IMG/VR virus record: IMGVR_UViG_2974543039_000001
Span: 34,135-98,134 of that record
DNA from: a virus
Length of the DNA stretch: 64,000 nt
Direction: 5' to 3' (one strand)
In this document: one piece after another, positions 57,628-64,000 of the stretch
Numbering within the stretch: position 1 is the first letter of the stretch
Layout of the letters: each line of letters begins with the position of its first letter
Position numbers and translations under genes: made by a program
The notes under the pieces: generated by a model
What the model was told of the DNA's origin: nothing
Databases searched by the model: none
Seen by the model: the letters and a program-made list of their open reading frames with translations, nothing else

Positions 57628-57864
57628 ATGGGGAAGCTTATTTTGCTGAAGAAGCATAATTGTACAGGATGTGAGTTAGTTGACTTGTACTTAACAAACG
57701 AAGGCGTGCATTACTACACTTATGATGTGGAGGCAGCGCCCGAGTTAGCCGCTAAGTATGAAGTTATGTCTGTACCAGTACTGCTGAAGCTGGATGATGA
57801 AGGTAAAGAGGTAGACCGGATTGTAGGTTACGCACCGGACGCTATCAGTCAAATGATTGAGTAA
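57628..57864 (+). CDS. NrdH/thioredoxin-like redoxin
   Basis: CTGC motif, SVPVL; end of the nrd operon. Confidence 0.88.
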   Translation: MGKLILLKKHNCTGCELVDLYLTNEGVHYYTYDVEAAPELAAKYEVMSVPVLLKLDDEGKEVDRIVGYAPDAISQMIE

Positions 57865-57869
57865 ATAAG

Positions 57870-57902
57870 AGAGCAGGACATTATGTCTTGCTCTTTTTTT
57901 TT
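57870..57902 (+). terminator. Terminator after nrd operon
   Basis: AGAGCAGGACA/TGTCTTGCTCT plus long T-run. Confidence 0.85.
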
Positions 57903-57905
57903 CTG

Positions 57906-57934
57906 TTGACAGAGAAGTTATACCATGATAGACT
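57906..57934 (+). promoter_or_regulatory. Sigma-A promoter for apyc1-like operon
   Basis: TTGACA-17-TAGACT with TG extension, then TGTAAC. Confidence 0.75.
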
Positions 57935-57965
57935 GTAACTATCTTATAAAATACAGGGGGAATTA

Positions 57966-58745
57966 ATGTTGGATACAACGAAATTAACCATGGTCGGAAC
58001 GGGCTCAGCTTTCTCAAAAAAGTTTTACAACAATAGTGCGTTGGTCACCTTCACAAACGGGTATAACCTGCTGATTGACTGTGGGCACTCAGTACCAAAA
58101 GGTCTCCATGATCTCGGATTCCCACTAGAGAGCCTTGATGGTATCTTAATTACACACACTCATGCAGATCATATCGGAGGGTTGGAAGAAGTAGCTCTTT
58201 ATAACAAGTTTGTCTTAGGTGGAAGAAAAATTGATCTTCTTGTTCCAGAGCCCTTGGTAGAACCTTTATGGAACGACAGCTTGAACGGTGGACTCCGTTA
58301 TGACGATTCTAGGGAGCTTGAACTAGATGACTACTTTACGGTCCGTAGCTTAAAAACGTCTGACTGCGGAGCAGCACGCACTCAGATCGATGAGAATATA
58401 GCTTTTACCTTATACACTACACTCCATGTCTCTCATATGAAAAGTTACGCAGTAGGTTTAATCGACCGAGGGGAAGAAAAAGTATTTTATTCCTCGGACA
58501 CGGTGTTTGATGAGTACCTCCTAGATTATGCTCTAACAATGTTCCCTTGGGTTTTCCACGACTGTCAGCTATTTACTGGAGGGGTACATGCGAGTTTAGA
58601 CGAACTCCTTGGTTATACCCGCTACATCCCTGAGAAACAGCAGAACAAGATATTTCTTATGCATTATGGAGACAATGTGGAAGAGTTCATAGGTAAAACA
58701 GGTCGAATGCGGTTTGCAGAGCAAGGGAGAGAGATTATCCTTTAA
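57966..58745 (+). CDS. apyc1: Apyc1-like anti-Pycsar cyclic pyrimidine nucleotide phosphodiesterase (metallo-beta-lactamase fold)
   Basis: [48 protein letters not shown] and MHYGD closely match recalled SBSphiJ Apyc1. Confidence 0.85.
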   Translation: MLDTTKLTMVGTGSAFSKKFYNNSALVTFTNGYNLLIDCGHSVPKGLHDLGFPLESLDGILITHTHADHIGGLEEVALYNKFVLGGRKIDLLVPEPLVEPLWNDSLNGGLRYDDSRELELDDYFTVRSLKTSDCGAARTQIDENIAFTLYTTLHVSHMKSYAVGLIDRGEEKVFYSSDTVFDEYLLDYALTMFPWVFHDCQLFTGGVHASLDELLGYTRYIPEKQQNKIFLMHYGDNVEEFIGKTGRMRFAEQGREIIL

Positions 58746-58758
58746 GGGGGCGTGCAAA

Positions 58759-59070
58759 GTGAGCGAAAAACAGTATGAGCAAGACGGTAAAGTAGAAGTT
58801 ACACAAGTACAGGCACAAGCGATTGAGGAGGGGAAGAGGTACTATATAAGGAGAGTATATGAGAATCGTAAACTAGTAGAAAGTTTGTACGGAGAGTTCG
58901 ATCCGGACAAAAGAGCGATACGTATGTTCAGTGTAGACCACTTCCTCCTACTAAATGCAGGGGGAGCGGTCCCTTGCCAAGAACTATTTGAGCCATTATA
59001 TGACCTATCTACAAGAGAACTAAAGCTAGCACTTACTTATGGCTATACCGTTAAGGAGGCTGCAGAGTGA
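58759..59070 (+). CDS. Hypothetical protein
   Basis: GTG 58759 after AAGGGGG; 103 aa. Confidence 0.6.
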   Translation: MSEKQYEQDGKVEVTQVQAQAIEEGKRYYIRRVYENRKLVESLYGEFDPDKRAIRMFSVDHFLLLNAGGAVPCQELFEPLYDLSTRELKLALTYGYTVKEAAE

Positions 59071-59273
59071 ACTGGTTAGACGGCTATATTCAAAACAATG
59101 AGACAGGGTATTTAGTAGGGTCTGATGATAGCCTGTGGGTTTATGTGGACGAGGAATATATCAGACACGCAGGCGGTTCTGTATATCAAGGAGCACCGAT
59201 TGACCTAAGAGAGGTAACTAAGGGAGAGTTTCTACGCAAGTTAGTCATGAGTTTAGAGGAGGAGTCAGAGTAA
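59067..59273 (+). CDS. Hypothetical protein
   Basis: 68 aa; GTGA overlap; RBS AAGGAGG. Confidence 0.65.
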   Translation: MNWLDGYIQNNETGYLVGSDDSLWVYVDEEYIRHAGGSVYQGAPIDLREVTKGEFLRKLVMSLEEESE

Positions 59274-59407
59274 TGAATGGCAAGGAGAAAATGGCGGCGT
59301 ACTGCTTACTAGCTTTACATGGGTACAAAAGAAGCGAGATCGAAGAAATAATGAAAAAGATGGACTTAGATAAAGTTAGGGAATTATTAAAGGATGATGT
59401 GAATTGA
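59273..59407 (+). CDS. Small hypothetical protein (44 aa, not in ORF track)
   Basis: TAATG overlap after GAGGAGGAG; MNGKEKMAAYCLLALHGYKRSEIEE... Confidence 0.55.
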   Translation: MNGKEKMAAYCLLALHGYKRSEIEEIMKKMDLDKVRELLKDDVN

Positions 59408-59526
59408 AGTCCGTTAGACGAAACCCAAATAAACGACCCTGTGTGGCAAGGAATATTACTTTTCGAGTGCAGGAGGAGAACACTAGCTGGGTACTAAGGC
59501 TGAAAAGAAGGAGAGTTACACAATGA
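59404..59526 (+). CDS. Small Arg-rich protein (40 aa, not in ORF track)
   Basis: TTGA and ATGA overlaps at both ends; MKSVRRNPNKRPCVARNITFRVQEENTSWVLRLKRRRVTQ. Confidence 0.4.
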   Translation: MKSVRRNPNKRPCVARNITFRVQEENTSWVLRLKRRRVTQ

Positions 59527-59735
59527 GAACAGAGCTAACCATTGACGGGGGAGAGCTAACTATCAGTACCGTGGACGGTGTGTTCAGTGCCATGGTAGAC
59601 ATCGAGACTGGTGAAGTCATAAGCTTTGTGTACACAACAGCAACAGTACCACAGATAGCTGCTTTCGCTAATAAAGTCAAGACAAGATACAGTAAGTTTC
59701 TTCGTAGTAAGGACATTAACGATTTTATTAACTAG
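59523..59735 (+). CDS. Hypothetical protein
   Basis: 70 aa, RBS AAGGAGAG. Confidence 0.65.
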   Translation: MRTELTIDGGELTISTVDGVFSAMVDIETGEVISFVYTTATVPQIAAFANKVKTRYSKFLRSKDINDFIN

Positions 59736-59764
59736 GTAGAGGCTATATTGCCTCTACCTTTTTT
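59734..59764 (+). terminator. Terminator closing the apyc1-like operon
   Basis: AGGTAGAGGC/GCCTCTACCT plus T-run; extended -10 TGCTATAAT follows at 59771. Confidence 0.85.
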
Positions 59765-59834
59765 AATCTGTGCTATAATAGGTGTATGGGAGTATACATA
59801 AAATTCTGAAAATACATAGATAGGACGGATTAAA

Positions 59835-60608
59835 ATGACAAGAAAGAAGAGTTTGAACATCCATAATACGGATCGACTCTTCAACCTAAACTTAACAACT
59901 AAGCAGGATGAAAACAGTTTTGTTAAAGTTACTCGGTTGAATGAAAAACAGGTTGAGAAAGAAATGGATGAGCTGAAAGCACAGTCTCGAAGATTTAACA
60001 AAAGGAATGAAAAGAGCTATATGCTGTATAAACAGCGGTATGGTAATGACACTGTACAAGACAAAGTTTTTGACCATGGAGGCTACATTTACTATTACAC
60101 TACCGACCGGGTCCCTATGCCGACAATAAGTAAGCTGGCTAACGTGCCGCAATCAGAGGTAATTTATAGTTGTAAACGGGAGTACACACTGGAAGAGATA
60201 AATAATGTTCACCTAGTGTCCATGGCGACAAAGGTATCGGTAGACGTGCCGATTGTGCTGCCAGATATAAACCCTTATGACTACCTTTTTTCGCTGGCTC
60301 CACTTAGATATCATGTGGATAAAGTAAGGATTTCTTTCCCGGCGTTAAAGGAAGAAGAGCTGCAGGATCGTCATAGTGACTATTACGTTTTTTACAATGG
60401 GATGTACTATCTGAAGACAAAATATAAGTACGAGTGCTTCAAATATCTGCAAGAAACGCTATCTACTTGGAAGATGAATATATGGATTATTTGTGACTCT
60501 AAAAATGATATGCACATGCTAGAACGTTTAGTGGTGAGAGATAACAAACGATTTAAAAATAGCACACCTTCATTGCAAGGAGGTAGTGATATTGACCGTG
60601 AATCGTAA
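59835..60608 (+). CDS. Hypothetical protein preceding the HU-like gene
   Basis: 257 aa; syntenic position before HU and polymerase in Twort-like phages. Confidence 0.65.
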   Translation: MTRKKSLNIHNTDRLFNLNLTTKQDENSFVKVTRLNEKQVEKEMDELKAQSRRFNKRNEKSYMLYKQRYGNDTVQDKVFDHGGYIYYYTTDRVPMPTISKLANVPQSEVIYSCKREYTLEEINNVHLVSMATKVSVDVPIVLPDINPYDYLFSLAPLRYHVDKVRISFPALKEEELQDRHSDYYVFYNGMYYLKTKYKYECFKYLQETLSTWKMNIWIICDSKNDMHMLERLVVRDNKRFKNSTPSLQGGSDIDRES

Positions 60609-60885
60609 AGAATTGGCTAGACGTATAGCACATACCGGGGGTTATAATATTGGGGACGTAGAGAAGATACTTGAGATTTATGAAGACGTAGTTGTGACAG
60701 CACTCCTTTCAGGGGAGGAGATAAAACATGGGAAGCTGCATAAAATCATTCTTCAGGAGCTCCCGGTGAAAAAAGCGTTCGATGGTCTGAACAAAAAATA
60801 TTTTGTTCGTGAAGCCAAACGAGTGCCAAAATATAAGCCATTGACCCGTATAACAGATATAGAGTTGCCTGTGAAAGAGGAGTAA
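60592..60885 (+). CDS. HU/IHF-like DNA-binding protein
   Basis: NRKELARRIA...L.SGEEIK.GK...F.GL....F...AK.VPK.KP; TTG 60592 after AAGGAGGT. Confidence 0.82.
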   Translation: MTVNRKELARRIAHTGGYNIGDVEKILEIYEDVVVTALLSGEEIKHGKLHKIILQELPVKKAFDGLNKKYFVREAKRVPKYKPLTRITDIELPVKEE

Positions 60886-60903
60886 TGATACTCCTCTTTT
60901 TGT
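60874..60903 (+). terminator. Intrinsic terminator
   Basis: AAAGAGGAGTA/TACTCCTCTTT. Confidence 0.8.
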
Positions 60904-60904
60904 A

Positions 60905-60933
60905 TTGACATCCTCTGTATGTTATAGTAGTAT
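60905..60933 (+). promoter_or_regulatory. Sigma-A promoter for DNA polymerase gene
   Basis: TTGACA-17-TAGTAT. Confidence 0.75.
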
Positions 60934-60967
60934 TATAAGCGAAATACAGATCAGGGAGGTCGATACA

Positions 60968-63900
60968 TTGAAGATTCTTTTTCTACAAGAGTATGTTCGT
61001 GAAAACCATATGAAGCGAGGGGAAGGCGGTACACTAAGCAATGTGTTTTTCCAGACAAAAGGAGGAAAGATTCTAAAGAAGCTGATTGATGAGGGCTTAA
61101 AGCTGGGAAAAGATGACTACTACATCGACTACGCATACGGTCTCGTACCAAAAGTAATAACCCGGGACAAGTTCAACCGTGCTACAAAGTATAAGACACC
61201 AACTCAGAAAGAGGTCAATCCAGAGTATGAGTTGTTGTATCAAAGGATTATAGCGGAGAAGCCAGATATCATCGTCCCTACCGGAAACTTAGGGTGTAAA
61301 GCACTGGTCGGAAAAGCCTCGATATCATCACAGCGAGGTGTACCCCAGAAAGTAACTGTTAAAGCTGCGGAACCTTCTTCACTTGTTTCTCCTTCGGAAG
61401 AAGAGCAGGTAGTCACAGAAGTTAAGAATCTCCGAGAGCAGTTGGAAAAGGTAGAGCACACCCTTGAGTTGTTAAACCCCGATGATGAATTTTTTCGTGA
61501 GTTCTTATCTGGAAAAGGATTACTACCTAACAACCATAACGAGCTTTCAAAAGAGCAGTTAACAGAGTTTGCTGTCCAGCGGTTGAACAATCAGGCTAAC
61601 GAGTTAGATCATAAAATTAGAAGCATGGAGTCTTGGCTAAAAGACAGGGGTATAGACGAAGAGCTTTATGAAGACATGGATTTGCTCCGAAAGCACCAAG
61701 CGGCTAAACTACCTCCGGCAGAACATGAATGCTGGGTACTCCCCATGTATAGCATGGAGTACATGTTAGTGAACCCTAATATACAGAACTTGATCGAAGC
61801 TGACTTTGTTACCCTTAGAAAATTCGTAGAACAGGGAGAAGCAGCTTTTGAGGCGTCCCCGGTAGACTACGAGTTTATAGATAGTATAGAGAAAGTCCGG
61901 GATATATTCACTCAGAAGGTTCCGAATGCACCAATTGTTGCATGGGACTTAGAGACAAACACTCTCCGCCCAGAAAACAGAGGGGCAAAACCTTTAGTGA
62001 TATCGCTAAGTTGGGAGGAAGGTACCGGGTGTACGATTCCGCTGGAGCACAAGGAGTTTACATGGCTTCCCGGTCACCTTGCAGAGATATATGAGTACAT
62101 AAGAAAGTTTGTGGCAGACCCTAACATTATTAAAGTGGGACACAACATTCAGTATGATATCCGGTTTCTCCGCTTAGTTCGAGGGTTTACACAGTTTGAA
62201 AACCACCGAGATACCAAGGTTATGTACTACTTACTCGTCAACCAAGAGGTAGAGTCTTCCCTGAGATTAAGTGACCTCAGTTACGAGCTTACGGACATGG
62301 GTGGGTATGATAAAGCTTTAGAGGACTTTAAAAAAGCGTATGTAAAAGAGTACATAGCTAATGAAAAAGTACGTATCGCTCAGATGAAGGAAGATTATAA
62401 GCTGGCGGTAGCAGATGCAAAAGCCCGGGTACGAGCCGGGGAAGATGTGGAAATGCCGAAAAAACCAGATTTCCCTAAAGCTGAGGCACCTGTGAATGAA
62501 ATAGATGGTAGTGAGTTCAGCTATGAGTGGATTCCACTAGCCCCCCTGCTCTCCCCGTATGCTGCAGGAGACGTTGATGCCTGCTTACGTATCCATAATA
62601 AGCTAGACGATGTAGGCAGGAAGCCAGAGAATGCTAGATTGAGAAAGCTGTATACCGAGCATTACCCAAAGTTAACTGTAGCACTTGCTAAGATCGAGGC
62701 TAACGGAGTTAAGATGGATGTAGAGTATACAAAAGGGCTGATCGAGCATTATACAAAAGAAGAGGACCGTATTCTCCAAGAGATGCGTAAAATTCCGGAA
62801 GTACAGAGGCTGGAAGAGGAGCATCATGCACTGTATCAACGTGGACTAGAAGAGTGGGCTAAGCCTCGGTCGATGCGTGATCCTGAAGTTGCCAAACTTC
62901 GAGACAAGTACAAAAATAAGCTCATTTTTTCTCCTAACTCCCCGGACGATAAGAAGAAGGTACTGTTCAAGTACACAGATATTAAGTTGCCGTACAATAA
63001 GGAGTATCTAGTAGACTCCGCTAATGACAATGGCATTCCGGAAGAAGAAATTGAGTGGCATCACTATAAAACAGATACTAAAGTTGTGTTGCCATACTTA
63101 TCAGAAAACCACCCAGAAATTCAGGAACTAGCTGATCTGCTGGCTACTCACTCATTAGTTAAAACTCGAAAACAGAACTTCACCTATAAGCTGCTTGCTA
63201 TGGTGGACCCGGAGGGGCGGCTGCATGGAGGGTTTAACCCTACAGGTACAGCAACTACTCGTTTGTCCTCTCAAAGCCCGAACTTGCAGCAGATGCCACG
63301 TAAAACAGGAGATGTTACTCGGTTCGACTATAAACACCCGATTAAGCGTATGTTCACTACAAGCTTTCCGGGTGGAGCGCTACTCCAGCTGGACTACAGC
63401 TCACTAGAGTCTCGTGTACTAGCTTTAGTAGCCAAGGATGAGAAAATGACACAAGCCTTCTTAGACGGAGAAGACGTGCATAAAGACACTGCATCCATGG
63501 TGTTCAACGTCCCTATCGATAGTGTTACAGAGGATCAGCGTTCGGATGCGAAGGCTACGACGTTCGGTATCGCCTATGGAGAAACTCCATTCTCCTACTA
63601 CGCTAAGCACAATATGACTTTAGAACAAGCGGAGAAGCTCTTTGCTGACTTCTTTAGAAACAAACCACGTATCAAGAGCTTCATTGATGAAACTCATGAA
63701 CAGGTAAAACAAGATGGGTTTGTAGAGTGTATGCATGGGTTTAGACGTAGTTTACGAGACGTATACTCACAGGACAGTTCTAAACGGAATGGGGCGCTCC
63801 GTCAGTCAGTAAACACGAAAATTCAGGGTTCAGGGGCATTCTTAACGAACTCGTCTGTTATTCACATCATTAAGTTTATTGAGGATCGTAACCTCCGCTC

Positions 63901-64000
63901 TAAAGTTATTCTTACTGTGCATGACTCCATTGTTATTGACTGCCCTCCAGAGGAAATTCATCTTATTGCCCGGGCAGCTAAGTACATCATGGAAAACTTA
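60968..64000 (+). CDS. Family A DNA polymerase (N-terminal UDG-like domain, 3'-5' exonuclease, polymerase); 3'-truncated, absent from ORF track
   Basis: TTG after AGGGAGGT; ExoI AWDLET, ExoIII YAAGDVD, motif A QLDYSSLESR, motif B RSDAKATTFGIAYG, motif C TVHDS. Confidence 0.93.
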   Translation, partial: MKILFLQEYVRENHMKRGEGGTLSNVFFQTKGGKILKKLIDEGLKLGKDDYYIDYAYGLVPKVITRDKFNRATKYKTPTQKEVNPEYELLYQRIIAEKPDIIVPTGNLGCKALVGKASISSQRGVPQKVTVKAAEPSSLVSPSEEEQVVTEVKNLREQLEKVEHTLELLNPDDEFFREFLSGKGLLPNNHNELSKEQLTEFAVQRLNNQANELDHKIRSMESWLKDRGIDEELYEDMDLLRKHQAAKLPPAEHECWVLPMYSMEYMLVNPNIQNLIEADFVTLRKFVEQGEAAFEASPVDYEFIDSIEKVRDIFTQKVPNAPIVAWDLETNTLRPENRGAKPLVISLSWEEGTGCTIPLEHKEFTWLPGHLAEIYEYIRKFVADPNIIKVGHNIQYDIRFLRLVRGFTQFENHRDTKVMYYLLVNQEVESSLRLSDLSYELTDMGGYDKALEDFKKAYVKEYIANEKVRIAQMKEDYKLAVADAKARVRAGEDVEMPKKPDFPKAEAPVNEIDGSEFSYEWIPLAPLLSPYAAGDVDACLRIHNKLDDVGRKPENARLRKLYTEHYPKLTVALAKIEANGVKMDVEYTKGLIEHYTKEEDRILQEMRKIPEVQRLEEEHHALYQRGLEEWAKPRSMRDPEVAKLRDKYKNKLIFSPNSPDDKKKVLFKYTDIKLPYNKEYLVDSANDNGIPEEEIEWHHYKTDTKVVLPYLSENHPEIQELADLLATHSLVKTRKQNFTYKLLAMVDPEGRLHGGFNPTGTATTRLSSQSPNLQQMPRKTGDVTRFDYKHPIKRMFTTSFPGGALLQLDYSSLESRVLALVAKDEKMTQAFLDGEDVHKDTASMVFNVPIDSVTEDQRSDAKATTFGIAYGETPFSYYAKHNMTLEQAEKLFADFFRNKPRIKSFIDETHEQVKQDGFVECMHGFRRSLRDVYSQDSSKRNGALRQSVNTKIQGSGAFLTNSSVIHIIKFIEDRNLRSKVILTVHDSIVIDCPPEEIHLIARAAKYIMENL

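Noticed and set aside
2260-61590. Numerous other minus-strand and nested ORFs in the track
   Set aside because: All overlap well-supported plus-strand genes, and the window is uniformly plus-strand.
40881-64000. Introns, inteins or homing endonucleases in helicases, nrdE/nrdF and polymerase
   Set aside because: Reading frames are continuous with expected lengths and no splice-junction motifs were seen; the polymerase could be interrupted beyond the window.
1-64000. tRNA, rRNA, integrase or transposase genes
   Set aside because: None recognised; intergenic gaps are short and explained by promoters and terminators.

Overview
A 64-kb, all-plus-strand segment of a large lytic Bacillus myovirus (Herelleviridae, Bastillevirinae/SBSphiJ-BSP38-like; NrdE looks B. 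subtilis-group). It runs from a 5'-truncated portal gene through head, neck, contractile tail, tape measure, baseplate and fibre genes (1-40.5 kb). It continues with replication and nucleotide-metabolism genes: SF2 helicase, Rep-like HTH, DnaB, SbcDC, primase, dUTPase, resolvase, class Ib RNR, HU-like protein and a 3'-truncated family A polymerase. The standout feature is a terminator-bounded two-gene cassette between the tail tube and tail chaperone genes. It encodes (i) a secreted YocH-like 3D cell-wall enzyme preceded by a WalR-type box and (ii) an apparent full-length homolog of the B. subtilis xenogeneic silencer/comK repressor Rok, with altered DNA-reading residues. Also present: an Apyc1-like anti-Pycsar nuclease heading an operon of small unknown ORFs, a probable +1 frameshift in the tail chaperone, probable CTG and ATC start codons, a late-promoter motif and a GTTACA motif at early promoters. 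No tRNA, CRISPR array, integrase, intron or intein was seen. All homology calls come from motif reading and recalled sequences; no searches were run.
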